A stretch of DNA of 64,000 bases. It comes from Chiloscyllium plagiosum (Eukaryota). The translations under genes were made by a program, and so were the position numbers. Location of the stretch: the NCBI RefSeq assembly GCF_004010195.1, contig NC_057711.1, positions 82,455,590-82,519,589 of the forward strand. Reading direction: 5' to 3'. Position 1 is the stretch's first letter. Each line of letters opens with the position of its first letter. The notes under the pieces are model-generated. The model saw only the letters and a list, made by a program, of their open reading frames with translations. It did no database searches and was not told where the DNA came from. Shown one piece after another: positions 1-13,999 of this stretch.

Positions 1-477
1 ATTATAGGAAGGATGTGGAGGCACTGGAACGGGTGCAGAGGAGGTTTACTAGGATGTTTCCTGGTATGGTAGGAAGATCGTATGAGGAAAGGTTGAGGCA
101 CTTGGGGCTGTTTTCATTGGGGAAAAGAAGGTTTAGGGGTGACTTGATAGAGGTGTACAAGATGATTAGGGTTGACCATGAGAACCTTTTTCCACGTATG
201 GAGTCAGCTATTACGAGGGGGCATAGTTTTAAATTAAGGGGTGGTAGGTATAGGACAGATGTTAGGGGTAGATTCTTTACTCAGCAAGTTGTGAGTTCAT
301 GGAATGCCCTGCCAATAGCAGTGGTGGACTCTCCCTCTTTATGGGCATTTAAACGGGCATTGGATAGGCATATGGAGGATAGTGGGCTAGTGTAGGTTAG
401 GTGGGCTTGGATCGGCGCAACATCAAGGGCCAAAGGGCCTGTACTGCGCTGTATTTTTCTATGTTCTATGTTCTATG
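1..477 (+). mobile_element. CR1/HER1-type LINE 3' end (relatively intact)
   Basis: ORF2 C-terminus ALERVQRRFTRM...RGDLIEVYK...RGHSFKL...WNALP followed by a (TATGTTC)n tail. Confidence 0.9.
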
Positions 478-479
478 AT

Positions 480-1020
480 ACCTGCCTTGTATTTTCTGGA
501 GTTTCAAAGAATGAGAGGTTACCTCTTTGGAAATTACAAAATCTTACAGGGCGTAACAGAGCGAATATGGAAAGGATGATTCCCCTGGCTGTTGAATCTA
601 GAACCAAACAACATAATTTCAGTGTAAGGTTAGGATATATAAGATAAATTTCTTCATACAGGGGTGATAAACCTTTAGAATTCTCTACCCCAGAAGGCTG
701 TGGAAGTTCAATTGTTGAGCATATTCAAGACAGAAATCAATACATTTCTGAAGATAAATGACTTAAAGGAATAAGGAGTTAGCATTGATAAAAGGTGATG
801 AGGTAGCTTATCAGCTATGATCTAACTGAAAGATGCAACAGGCTCAATACGCCAACTGATCCTGTGTTTTTGTGTTCCCATGATAATTCCGAAAAGCAAA
901 AATTATATCATATCATATCAGCTGTTACAGTCTGAAATGCCTGAGAATGTGGTGGAGGCAAGTTCAATAGAAGCATTCAAGGTGGAATGAGATGTTATTT
1001 AAAAAGTAACAGTATCTCAG
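480..1020 (+). mobile_element. Older degenerate CR1 3' fragments
   Basis: Degenerate CR1 ORF2 C-terminal and 3'UTR sequence similar to 1-477. Confidence 0.65.
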
Positions 1021-1371
1021 GTTATGTCCAGAGGGAAGTCGAGAGGGGGTGCCAAGGGGACATGAAAACTGAATGTGAAACTACTGACACCAGAAAAATA
1101 CTGAGAAACCCAAAAGAGATTACAAAAATTGGGGAACCTAACTTTGAAACCCTTTCTCCCATATATTGGCAGAAGCAGACAAGGCAGACATCAAAAGTCA
1201 TTTCATTCTTAAAGGTGTTCAGAAAGCAACTCGTGGTTATGAGCCAAGTTTCCACTAGCACCAGTGAAAACAATCCCATTTTCTTCATATTTTAATCTCA
1301 TTTGCATACAACTTACACATACCTTGGGTTTAATCATATGAAAGCTTCATTTTCTATCAATGAACACATAC

Positions 1372-1596
1372 CTTTCTGGAATCTGTATTGGGAGTAGCTT
1401 GACTAGACTGAATTATATTGAAAGACTTAAGATGGACTTTCAATAATGGTACACTGTGGGGTCTTCTTGCTGTGGTCACAGCTAAAGGTACTTCCTTTGA
1501 ACTTTTGCAATGAATTGAAACTTTTTCAGTTTTAAGGAGCTGTAATTTTTCTTGGAGTTGATCCATAACAAGTTGTTGTTCAACTATTTTGTCATT
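1372..1596 (-). CDS. KIF27: KIF27 coding exon 5
   Basis: NDKIVEQQLVMDQLQEKL...RRPHSVP...DSRK, matching the KIF27 NEKIIEQQLLVDQL...RRPYTVP...DSRK region as recalled. Acceptor tttgcag, donor AAG|gtatgt; 225 nt, phase 0/0. Confidence 0.9.
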
Positions 1597-4500
1597 CTGC
1601 AAATGTAAAAAGAAAACAGCAAAATTACAATGGACCAAAGCAATCCTAATCTTCTTATATTTTTCTTCCATATTTTATAATTAACTTTTTATCCCAGTTT
1701 TCGGATAACCTATATGTCTGACATTTCTTGACTGCAAGAGTAATCAGGTCACAAGGCTGAATCATTATTGAGTAAATCAGTGAAATATATAAAATGTTCT
1801 TGAATTCTCCAAATTCATCTCCATGGTAGGAAATTACCTATCCTCCACTCACTTTGTCACCTCCAAACCCATTGAAAGCTAAGACTGTAAAATTTCCCAT
1901 GTGTGGAGTACTACAGTTTATATCTTACTTAATCCGCTTAGCTTCTATGTGAAACAAACAATGTTTGTGATGATATCATATGATATGATATAATTTTTGC
2001 TTTTTGGAATCATCATAGGAACACAAAAACACAATGACACAGACAATAAGAATATGAAACAACTGTTATCAGTGTTGAGTACTGACACTGCCCTGGAGAT
2101 TGAGAAGTAATAAATTGCAAATTTGTTGAATTTCCTTTACAATTCCCTCATTGTATGACTAAATGACCTCATATCTATATTTCAATTAATTGACAGTGAA
2201 GTGCTTTAGGATATAGAGGATAAGAGAAAGATGCAATTTAAATGTAAGCTATTTCATTTTGTTCCTTATACATACAAAAAGCTGTAAAATGTTCAACCAG
2301 TAAAGACAAGGATGCAACACTTAGCAGCAAAAACACCAGTGGTCAGTACATAGGAACTAAAGTTTGCAATACAGTTAATCCAATGTGGGTTCAATTCCAC
2401 CACTCATTGAGATTACCATAAATGTCCCAACTCTCAACCCCATCCCTCACCTGAAGCATAATGAGGCTTAGAGTGCTGTTGTGGTGAAGTGTCCCTACTT
2501 CAAGTCGTACCTGCTCCAGAGGTATGTTATATCAGCTATGAACAGGTTGATTAGAAAATATCTTTAGATGCCAGTCATCTCTCACTAATATGAGCAGCCT
2601 AATTGTCTGGTAGGACTTTTATCTGTACAAAGTTTGTTTATTTAATACAAGAAAGAATAAATGCTGTATGAATTTTCTTTAGTTTTTTTCTAGTTATTGC
2701 ATCATGAAAAGTGTATTTGTGACATGGTCAAACAAGTTTACCATCAGCCTGTAAATCCTTCCAATACAGCTGATGGCAGGTGATAAGAGTGGCAGAGGTT
2801 CCTGGCAGCCATCATGCAGAAGGCCATGGTAAACTATTGCAGGACATATGGACCAAACTAATGGAAGTCTATGGAGCATGGAAATGAGAATGGGAGTAAA
2901 GACAAAGAAATAAACAGTAATCACATACTCCAAATACAGCAGATGCATTTCACCAAAGTCAAAGGCAGTTAAATAAACAGATATTTTTGTTTTCTTGCGA
3001 TTTTATCAGAAAAAAACATTTTACATGATTTTTTTGATGTTACATTTGGGAAAGGGTAGGAATAAAGTATGCCATGCAACAATTTGGAAAATAACAACAG
3101 AAATCCATTTCTTGAACTAACCTTTTGGTCAGCCCTCCAAACATTGGCCTTTTTAAGAAAAACATAGCACAGAGTCATGCCTTCAGACATTTTATTGTGA
3201 TTTATATTGCTATGTAGCTATACTAGTTTTGGTAATAATAAGTTAGTTTACAAAGAAAAAAAACACCCAGCAGAAAATTGACAGTTGAGAAATAAGCTTG
3301 CATATTGTATCAGACATGGTTTCTGCAGCCTTTGATCAATAGTTTGAAGAAACTGTAGGTCATTTAACCACAAAGAAAATTAATTGTGAAGTGAATGAAC
3401 AGCCCACATAACTGTTTCTCTCCTGAAGCACCCATGCCCCTGACTGACCAACAGCCTTGTCTATATGGCTTTCATTTTCAATTTTTACAATTTGTTTTCT
3501 AATCGAGTTGTTTAGAGATATTATGATACAACCTGCAGCAAATAGAACTGAAACCCTGGTATCCTGATTCAGAGATGGCGATTCTACCACTGTGCCACAA
3601 CAGCCCCACAATGATTATTTTTTTAATTTTTAAAAGATTTTTTCATATCCTTAAGTGCTCTTACGCACAACTGAATTTATTTTTGTTCATCACCAAATCA
3701 TCCATCAGCCATGTTTCCTATATGATTAATTTACATGCAAAGACCATTAAGTACAATGCAAACCATCAAAGGTGAGGGAGGTATAACTCAAAATGGATTT
3801 GGAAAGGGCCTCACAATGTTTATCTACAAAAGATGAAGTTGTTTCAAGTGTTTTGCATCTTTAGCTATTGAGGCTTTAAAGGATCCAGATGATTGAAACT
3901 TTGATTGGACAGTGAAATGGAATTTTTTTCACACTATAACCCTTGCCAATGCACAGGATTAGGAAGTTGGAGCCGCTAACATCATCTTATGTTCTAAACC
4001 ATACTGAAAACAGAAGTGAGTGCAAATAACATCACTGCTGTGAGTCCAATGTTGCTACCTCTCATTCACTGCCCAGTTCTCTTCTCCCCTCAATGACCCA
4101 CTCCTAACTGCATTTGCAACACTACTCCTGCCTCCTTCTCTGTTCCATTTGCTGCCTGTCTTGCTACTTTGTCCAGGGAGTGGGGCAGTGAGTAAGGCAA
4201 TGGGTGTGTCAGTGAGCGCTCTTTCTGCGAGCAGTCAATCATTTGTAATTTGTTTCAGGGGAAGCAGGCTGCTGCACTAAATAAAACTACACTTAAATGT
4301 ATGAAGCCAGTACACAAGTCTTCACTGTCACAGGCAGTGGCACTAAGGTACTGTGAGCTGTGAGTATGTTGCCTGCAGTTGTGCTGCCAGCAAATGCAAC
4401 TCTTTTTTCAAACATAAGTTATCAATGCAAGATATCAATGCAAGATATTTTTACAGCTTTTCTTTGCATATAATTTTGACTGAAAATTGCTTCTATACAG

Positions 4501-6039
4501 TGTATAGTGACCATGGAAAGGGCCATGGGAGAAGTTGGGTGAAAGGCCATACTCTTAATCCCCTGCATCCAACAGTTTCTGAGACTGCTTCTGAACATTT
4601 CCCAGGATCGGTTAACTCAAGTAACGAAGATACCAAACTTGTGGCATTTTCTCCTGAGGAAAGCAGATCTAGCCTGCAAATTTCCTGACATCCGCTACTA
4701 TTAAGGGTGAAAACCTGGCCCATTGAAAAGAGAATGTCCTCAGCTACCTCACTTACTTTAGAAGCATTGATCCTTTTTGAAAAGTGAAATGATTACAATT
4801 AAGTGCATTGTAAACAGCACATACCTTCCTTGTGCTCATAATTAAATTGCACACATTGGGAGATAGGTCAGGTTTGTGCACATTGCAAAAGAAACATGCA
4901 GTTTGTCATGTCACTTTGAAGCAGTAGAAACAACATAGGAATGGGTTCAAAGGGAGAAGCTTGGCTATATGTTCTACTTCTATGCTCCTGATCTCCCAAG
5001 TATGCTTGGCAACAATTTTCTGTCCCCTCAGAAGAAATATCATTTTATTCAGTTTAGTCTGACTGTACCTGAAAATATCTATCTGAGCATCTATAGACTT
5101 CTTTACTTGCCTCCTTCCAACATCTTAGTTCAGTATTTTATGTCTCTACTGCAAGAACTATACACTTTATTACTGAGGGGGCAGCACTTTCTACCTATTC
5201 CTCTGCGATGTGTTTGTTTGTCAGATATCTTCCAACAAATCAGATTGAATAGTGTAATGAAAGAATGCAAAATTATCTGCCATACAGTGAAGCCAAGGAA
5301 ATATTTGAAACCACAGATGAAGTCTTCGGGTCTTATGAGTGTTTTAAATAAAAATATTGTCTGCTTGGGAGCCAGTGCAGGTCAATGAGCATGGGGAGAT
5401 AGGGAAATGGAGCCAGCTATGACTCAAGACATGGACATCAAAGTTCTGGACAATTTCAAAATTAAGAAGATAAATTTGGGAGAATATGAGTATGTGGGAA
5501 TAGTTGAGTCTAGAGATAATGAAGGCATGAATGAGGCTTTCAGCAAATTCCAAGGTAAAATATTTAATGATGTATGTATTATACAGTCTTTTATATCTAT
5601 TAAAGGAATTACTGAGAAGGAAAAGGGACACTATGAAAATCAAAAGTAATCCTCAAGATAATGTGAAGAGAAGCCTTTTTTTTAAAAAAGATCCTGTCAA
5701 AAATGTTATACTGACATGTTTATATATTTTGTGAATCAGTGCAAGCAGGAGATATGGACTTATTGTGAAGTTGATATGAGAGAGTTTAAGACACAGTACA
5801 CAGAGGACATTATGTGCAAATGACATGAAACAACCATTAATTGGTCTTCCAGCAAAATTAATGAAGTATAAAGCTACTTTCAGCTAAGTGTGTCCAGGGT
5901 TTGGGAACCAGATCAGTAGGTCAGCATGTGTAGTGATTGAAAGGAAGGTAGTGGTGAAGTCAAGTAGATCTCATAGAAGAATAAGCAGTGCTTGGTTAAT
6001 GCACACAGCGGGACTGATGGTCTGAAGTGAGTAAAGGAA

Positions 6040-8230
6040 TAAAGCAGGTAAGACAGATGACCTTAAAGCCTGGATTACTACATGGAACTATGATGTTGTA
6101 GCCATTACAGAAACTTGGTTGTAAGAAAGACAGGACTGGCAGCTCAACATTTCAGATTTCAGATGTTTCAAGTGAGATAGAGAGTGATGTGAAAGGGGTG
6201 GGGAAATTGCATTACTGACTAAGGAGAAATGCCATTGAGGATACTTTTGAGTGCTTATCCAATGAGGCCAAATCGGTAAAACTCAGGAAAAAGATTATGC
6301 TGGAGTTATATTACAGGCCTCCCAATAACCAGCAGGAGTTGGGAACAGATATGTAAGCAGATCATGAAAAGACGTAAAATCAACAGGGTTGTTGTTGTAG
6401 GGAGTTTAATTTCCATAATATTGATGGGAACTTCCTTAGTTCCAGTGGCTTAGATGGGGTATAGTTTGTTCGGTACATCTGGGGATGTTTTCTTGAAACA
6501 ATACGTAGATAATCCAACTAGGAAAGAAGCCATGTTAGACCTTTGGGAGATGATCCTTTGAGGAAGCAGGAAAGAACTTAAACAAGAAATGAAACAGGTT
6601 AAAAGTGGCCATGTAATGTCCGTGGTGTGTAGGATAAGAAAAAATCCCAAGGCATTTTATAAGAGCAAGAGGGTAGCTAGAATAAGGGTGGGTCCAAGGC
6701 AAGGACAAAACTGGAAATTTCTGCATGGAGCCAGCGGAAGTTGATGATATCCTTAATGAGCACTTCACATCGGTATTCACAAAGAAGAAGGTCACATATG
6801 ATGGTAAGATTAGGGAGGGGTATGTTGATATTCTAAGGCAGGTCGACATTAAGGAGGAGGTGGTGATGGGTGTCTTGAAAAACATTAAGAACCTGGTGGG
6901 ATCTATTCCAGGATATGAGGGAGGCAAGGGAGGAGATTTCTAGGGCTTTGGCATGGTTCTTTGTATTCACACAAGGTCACAGAAGACTGAAGAATTGTCA
7001 ATGTTGTTCTTTTGTCTAAGAAAGGCAACAGAGATAATCCAGGAAATTATAAGCTGGTGAGCCTTATATGATGATTGGGAAATTGTTGAAGAAGATTCTT
7101 AGGAATAGGATGTACTCGTATCACAAAAGAATGAACATATTAGGCAAAATCAGCATGGCTTTGTGTGGGGGAGGTCCTATCTCACAAATTTAATTGAGTT
7201 TTTGAAGAAATTATGAAGGATGAGGGACGGGTAGTAGATGCTGCCTACATGGACTTTATTAAAGTATTTGATGAGATTCATCGTGTTCGGTTGGTCCAGA
7301 AGACTAAGTGAGATGGGATCTATGGTGAGTTGGTCAGTTGGTTACAAAATTGGCTTGGTCATAGAAAACAAAGAATAGTTGTGGAGGGGTATTTTTCTGA
7401 TTGGAGGTCTGTGACCAGTGGTGTTCTGCAAGGATCAATGCTGGGACCTCTGTTGTTTGGAATTTATACAAATTATTTGAATGAAAATATAGGAGGTTTG
7501 AATAGTACAGACAACATGGAAATTGGTGGAGTTGTGGATAGTGAGGAATGCTGCCAAAGGATACAGCAAGACATAGTTGGTTGGAAAGTTGGGCAGAAAA
7601 ATGGTAGATGGAGTTTAATCTGAACAAGTGTGGAGTGATGTATTTTGGGATGTCCAATGCAACAGGAAAGTATACGTAAATGGCAGCACCCCTAGGACCA
7701 TTGATATAGATCTTGGGGTGCAAAACTATAGCTTCTTGAAAATGGCAAAACAAGTGGATAAGGTGGTAAAGAAAGCAAATGGCATACTTACCTTCATTGG
7801 TCGGGACATTTAGTGTAAAGGTTGGCAAGTCATGTTGCTGCAATACAAACTTTAGTTGGGCTACATTTGGAGTTGTGTGCAGTTCTGGTTACCACACATT
7901 AAGGAGGATATGGAGGCTTTGGAGAGAATGAAAAAGAGTTTAACAAGATGCTGCTTGGATTGGAGTGTATTATTAACTATAAGGAGAAGTCAGACAAACT
8001 TGGATTGTTTTCACTCGAGAAGCGGAGGCTGAGGGGTGATCAGGTAGAAGTAGACAACATTATGAGAGGTTTAAGAAGTTTAAGAAGTATTTAGACAGAC
8101 ATGAACCTGCAGAGAATAAAGGGATACTGACTATATTCAGGTAGATGGTTTAGTTTAGCATGGTCAGCACAGACATGGTGAGCAAAAGGGTCTATTTCTT
8201 TGCTGTACTGTTCTGTGTTCTATGTTTATA
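6040..8230 (+). mobile_element. Degenerate CR1 LINE ORF2 (endonuclease and RT remnants, internally deleted)
   Basis: Fragments DVVAITETW, ILNEHFTSVFT, WRSVTSGVLQGSMLGPLLF; 3' tail ttctgtgttctatg. Confidence 0.88.
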
Positions 8231-8499
8231 TTCTAAATTTCAAAACATTAGCTCCCTCTCAAATAACTGTACTGAAGCAAGGGAATTTGGTGTGAGTGAA
8301 AAATGGGCATGAGAATATTAGGAGAAATCTGCCCTGAAGAAGATGTCAGAGATTAAATGCTCCATATCAGAATTGGCTTAATCTTGAGAAGCATGTATTG
8401 GAATGAGTATTTACAAATCATCAGAATACTTACTTTTCAGACCATCAGCTAGTTTGTACAGCCACTCTGTCGAACCACATAGACTAGTGCTGCAACATA

Positions 8500-9075
8500 T
8501 GAACAGTGACTTTCAACAGCAGGTCAGAGGCTACGAATAATGTGGCAAGAAACTCATTTCCTGATTCCCCAAAGCCTGTTCACCATCTACAAAGCACAAG
8601 CCAGGACTGTGATAGATTACTCCCCACTTGCCTGGATGGGTGCAGTTTCAACAACACTCAAGAAGCTTGACACATCCTGAACAGAGCAATCTGCTTGATT
8701 GACACCAGATCTACAGGCATCCACTCCCTCCACCACCAATGCTCAGCTGCAGTAAATGTGTATTTTCTAAAACATGCACTGCAGAAGTTCACCAAAGATG
8801 CTTAGATAGTACTTTCCAAACCCACAATAGCTTCCAGCTAGAAGGTCAAGGGCAGCAGGTTTCCCTCCAAACCACTCACTATCCTGACTTGGAAATATAT
8901 CACTGATCCTTCGCTGTCTTAGGTCAAAATCCTGGAATTCCCATCCTTAGGCCATTGTGGGTCTATTTACAGCACATGGACTGCAGCAGTTCAAGAGGCA
9001 GGCAGCACCAAGTGCAATTAGGTACAGACATTAAATATCGGCCAACCAGTGATGCCCATATCCCATAAACAATTA
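8500..9075 (+). mobile_element. CR1/L2-group LINE 3' fragment of a different family
   Basis: Translates to PQSLFTIYKAQARTVIDYSPLAWMG...TTLKKLD, typical of an RT C-terminal region. Confidence 0.6.
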
Positions 9076-9849
9076 AAGATTGCTTACAGACTACCAAAAC
9101 ACCTCAATTCTGAAATGATGAGATTCCAGTGATTCATCAGCAGCATCAAAACAGAAGCATCTATGAAGTCACATGGATGAAATGCCAACAAATCTCAATG
9201 TGCCCAGCAGCGAAACTGTGAAGTGCAATAACACTTCTAGTGAAAATAGTAAGACGTGAGGAAGCAAGATTCACATTGGTACTACCCTCTGGGGTCAATA
9301 GAACAAAATTAAAGCACATGGTAATTTTCAAATGTAAATCTTGCAAAATCATAAATAAGACTGGGAGGAATGTGCAGCAAGTCAGCATCACCATAAAGCA
9401 GACAAGTAAGAATGAGCCTGCATGTGAAGTGCATCAGTGGGAGATTAAAAAGTGGCAGCAGTGTCTCTTTAGTCTGCTTTTCTCTGTCAGAGCCAAAGTT
9501 TGATGTCAAAGGAAAATGGATAAATGATTGGTGGGTATTTTATCTCTGTTTCTTTTGACTGGCCAAGTTGTTTAAATCAGGAGATATTATTACACTGAAG
9601 AATGTAATTAGGAAATTCACTTTTAAAATATTTAATATTAAACGACTTAACTATGTATAACGGAGATAGCTGGGCAGGTGATATGTTACAGCTATAGTCT
9701 GTGGAAGCTGGTGAATGCTGGTGTGATCCACAGTGAACACATTTGCAGCAAGTATTGGTTGCTCAAAGAAATTCAGCTCAGAGTTGATGACTTGGAGCCC
9801 ACACTGTGGACACTGAAATACATCAGGAAGAGAAAGGGTTATCTGGGTA

Positions 9850-10610
9850 CTGTGTGACAGACACACCCCTTAGATTAATCATATATTATTTCATTCATGG
9901 TCAGAAACAGGAGAGGGTAAATATGAGTGAAACAGGTATCAGGATCCAGAAACTAGCTTTGGAGGAGTGTCAGCCAGTGCCCTTACCCAATAGGTAGAAG
10001 GTTCTTTCTTCAGATGTGGACCAGGGCACAGACTGCAAGCAGAATGGCAAACTGGCCAAAGCATCGTGGTATAGATAAGTGGGGGAAGAAAAGAGAATTG
10101 TAGTAGTATTAGTAGGGGATATCATTCTTAGGGGAAGAGAAATTGCTCTCTGTAGCAAAGACAGAGCGTCTTGACAATTGTGTTGCTGACCTAGTGCTAA
10201 TGTTTAGAAGATCTATTCAAAGGTGGAGAGAAACTTGAAGTTGGATGGGAAGGATCCCCTGTTGTATTCCACTTAGGTATCAACAATAGAGGTAAGAGTA
10301 GGAAAAGGTTCTGCTGAGGGATGACAAGCAGTTCAAGGTTAAAGTGCAAAGCAGTAGTAATCTCAGGATTACTACCTAACCCACATGCACATTGGTTTAG
10401 GATAAATAAGATTACAGAGGTAAATGTATGTTTCAAAAATTAGTGAGGAGAAATAGTTTCCCATTCATGAGACAGTGGCAGCAGTACGGGGAAGGAGAGA
10501 GTTGTTCTGTTGGGATGGACTTCATTTGAACTATGCTCAGACCAGTGTCCTGGCAAATTGTATAACTAGAGTTGTAGACAGAGCTTGTAAATAATAAGTG
10601 GAGGGTGGGA
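9850..10610 (+). mobile_element. CR1 ORF1 remnant (SGNH esterase-like)
   Basis: Degenerate VVVLVGDII, VVFHLGINN, VVISGLLP and WDGLHLN motifs. Confidence 0.7.
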
Positions 10611-10619
10611 AAGTCTTTA

Positions 10620-12240
10620 GAATTATAGAGTACAGAACAGACTCTTTGGTCATCGAGTCTGCACCAACAAAAACTACACTAAAACTAGTCTGAATTTGCA
10701 CCACTTGGCTAGTAGCTTTGAATGTTGTGACAAGTTAAGTGCTTATCCAAGTACCTTTTAAAGGTTGTGAGGTTTCCTGTATCCCAGGCAGTACATTCCA
10801 GAATCTCACCATCCTCTGGGTGAAAATTAAATTTATGCCCCTTGTTATTTATCCTTCAACTAGGGGGAACATCTGCTTTCTATCCATCATCCCATGCCCC
10901 TCATAATCTTAAAAACCAAAAGAACTGTGGATGCTGTAAATCAGAAACGAAAACAGAAGTTGTTGGAAAAGCTAAGCAGATCTGGCAGCATCTGTGAAGA
11001 GAAATCAGAGTCGTCAGAACAGGACCCAAAATATTAATTCTGATTTCTCTTCACAGATGCTGCCAGATCTGCTGAGCTTTATCAGCAACTTCAGTTTTTG
11101 CCCCTTATAATCTTAGCCACCTCAATCAGGTTCTCCCCCCCCCCCCTCAGCCTTCTCTGCTCTAAAGAAAACATCCCAAGCTTATCCAACCTTTTTCATA
11201 GCTAAACTTTCCATCTCAGGCAACGTCCTGGTGAATCGCCTCTGCATCCCCTCCAGCGTAATCACATCCTTCCTATCAGAACTGCACACAGTGCTCCAGC
11301 TGTGGCCTAACCAAAGTTTTGTACAGCTCTAACCTAATTTTCCTGCTCTTATGAACTATACCGTACTATGACTGATAAAGGCAAGTGTCCCATATGCCTT
11401 ACTTATCTTATTAACCTATCCTGACACCTTCGCGGATCTGATCTGCCCACCTGACTAATCCAACTATATCCTCCTGTAACCTAAGACCTTCTTCCTCACG
11501 ATTAGCCACCTAGCCAATTTTATTCATTATCCCCCCCCCCCTCAACATTTTCTTCTCTATCATTTATATACATCATGAATAATAAGGGACACATAGTGAT
11601 CCCCATACTACATCACTAGATACCAGCCTCCAGTCACATAGCCTTTTCCCACTACCCTTTATCTTCTACCACTAAGCCAATTTTGGATTCAATTTTCCCA
11701 GTTATCCCAGATCCCATATACTTTTACATTCTTTATCAGTCTCCCATGTGGGACCTTGTCAAAAGCTTTGCTGAAATCCATGTAAACTACATCAACTACA
11801 CTCGCCTCATCTCCTTGAAAAATTCAATCAAGTTTGTTAGGTATGACCACCCCCTGAAAAAGCCATGCTGACTATTGCTGACGAAATCTTGCCTCTCCAA
11901 ATAAAGATGAACTCTCTCCTTCAGAATTTTCTCCTATAGTTTCCCTGCCACTGATGAGAGACTCACTGGTCCATAATCTCCTGAATTATCTCTACTACCC
12001 CGCTTCAAAAGCAGAACTACATTAGTTGTCATCTAGTATCTCTGTGGCCAGAGAGGAATTTAAAAATTGGGTCAGAGTGCCTGTAATTTCCTCTTTTGTC
12101 TCCCACAGCAGCTTGGTATACAACTCATCTGGTCTTGGGGTTATGTCAATGTTTAAGCCTGCCAAAACCTCCAATACCTCCTTACTGCCTATGTCAAATT
12201 GTTCAAGAACCTCACAGTCCCGTTTCCTGAATTCTGTATT
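10620..12240 (-). mobile_element. Degenerate CR1 LINE with a nested PLE-derived hairpin insertion
   Basis: Reverse-strand RT motif YMDFSKAFDKVPH near 11750-11790; CR1 3' end near 10620. Confidence 0.8.
10912..11098. mobile_element. PLE-terminus-derived fold-back insertion with 17-bp TSD
   Basis: Inverted arms. TSD tgcccctcataatctta (10895-10911) / tgccccttataatctta (11099-11115). Confidence 0.75.
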
Positions 12241-12429
12241 GACACGGAATCAGAGAACCTCTTAAGTGTAGAAAAAGGCCATTCAGACCACCGGGATCTG
12301 CAGTTCCGAAGAGCATCCCACCCTATTCCCATAAGCCCACATTTACCATTGTTAATCGCCTAGCCTGCAAACTATAGGGTAATTTAGCATGGCCTATTCA
12401 CCCTAACCTGCACATCTTTGGACTGTGGG

Positions 12430-12780
12430 TTTCAACAAAACATTCGTGGATCATGTCCGTGCTAAACAGAATAAGTGGATGGCTGATGACGAAAACAGTC
12501 TTCACAAAGAATGGAAATATTTGTGCTGACTTCTTGGTATTTTCATTATCAAATCTTACAATGCTATTCATGTACTAAGAATCAAGGTCATCAAAAAAAT
12601 GGATAACATCCAATTCAGCAAATGGAAAACAAGATGATTCGTTGCAAAGCGATGATTATGAAAGGCAAAGGATCCTTATGATGATGCAATAGTTAAAGTG
12701 ACATAGAATGCATTTGATAAACTTTGTATTGATGCTGATGACAATGAATTTGACAGTTTTAAAATGCACTGAATGTAGTT
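12430..12780 (+). mobile_element. Possible pogo/Tigger-like transposase C-terminal remnant
   Basis: Weak resemblance only (KKWITSNSANGKQDD followed by an acidic tail). Confidence 0.3.
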
Positions 12781-13009
12781 AAAGGTATCTTTGGACCATT
12801 AATTAATTCAATAAACTTCTTGCATTAATTGATCTGAATTACCTTGTGTTTTTATCCTCACAGTTCAAAATGGCAATCACCCAAACTGATGCTTCACATT
12901 TATATTGGGTATAAAAGTTGACTGTCATTTCTGGAAGGAATTTTGAATGTTTCAAAATGTAAACTGATATGCTGTAATCTGCTATACATGCTCATAAAAT
13001 AATCAGAGA

Positions 13010-13345
13010 CAAAAAACTGAAGATGCTGGAATCCAAAGCAGACAAGCTGGAGGCTGAAAGAACACAGTCAGCCAGGCAGCATCAGGAGGTGGAAAAGTCA
13101 ACATTTTGGGTGTAACCCTTCTTCAGGAATGGAGGTGGGAGTAGAGACAGCTGCAGATAAATTGAGGGGAAAGGGTTATGGGTGGGGAGAGGGGCAGAAG
13201 GTGAAGTAGTGATAGATGAATACAGGTGGAGGGTACAACCTGGTTGTTCAATGGGAGGAATTAATCCAGTTGGTAATGGAAGGAAGGGTCAGTATGAAGA
13301 GAGGAGGCAGAGCTGTAAAGGGAGTCAGGGAATTTGGCAGGAATA
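13010..13345 (-). mobile_element. PLE 3' terminal (pLTR) fragment
   Basis: Same terminal motifs as other PLE ends in the window (gatgctgg...caggcagcatc...cccttcttcagga). Confidence 0.65.
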
Positions 13346-13999
13346 ATAAAGTCTTTGTTTGCAAGATTTTATGTCCTTGGGGATCCTCAGTGACTAATAT
13401 CCTAGTTTTCGTTGGTTATTTGCTATATTTTAATACATGATAATACCTTTATATTAGTATCGCAATATTAAGTTATATTAATTATGTTAACACATCAATC
13501 TGCCGAAAGGAATTTTATATTGTGAACAAATCCCATTCTTCTTAACTCCTTAAGGTAAGGATATGTCTTTAACATTAAATTCCTGTATGAAATTAATTTA
13601 CATCATCACAAAGGAATGGAATGAATGAGAATATAGTTGGCAGCTGTAATGTTGAACTATAAACTGACAACACAAATTTTAAAGTCCACTTTCTGGTGAT
13701 ATTTAAACTTTAAGGGAAAATGTTACTGCCATGGTTATGAAGTATGCGAAAAGTAAGAAAAACAAGACAAAGGGAAATCATATATTTTACTAAGTGACAG
13801 TTTGATTCAGTTAATACCACCTTATTACTATTGTCAAATCTGCAAGTAGGTTGACATGCTTAAGCAAGGAACATCCCTTCTCCAGTTCAATTGTGACTTG
13901 CTTCCTCATAAACTTAGAAGATCTTTTACATGTTTTCCTGGGGAAGCCGAAGTAAAAATCTGATTTAAAAATCCAAAGCCTGAGTGCTGTAAAGCCATA

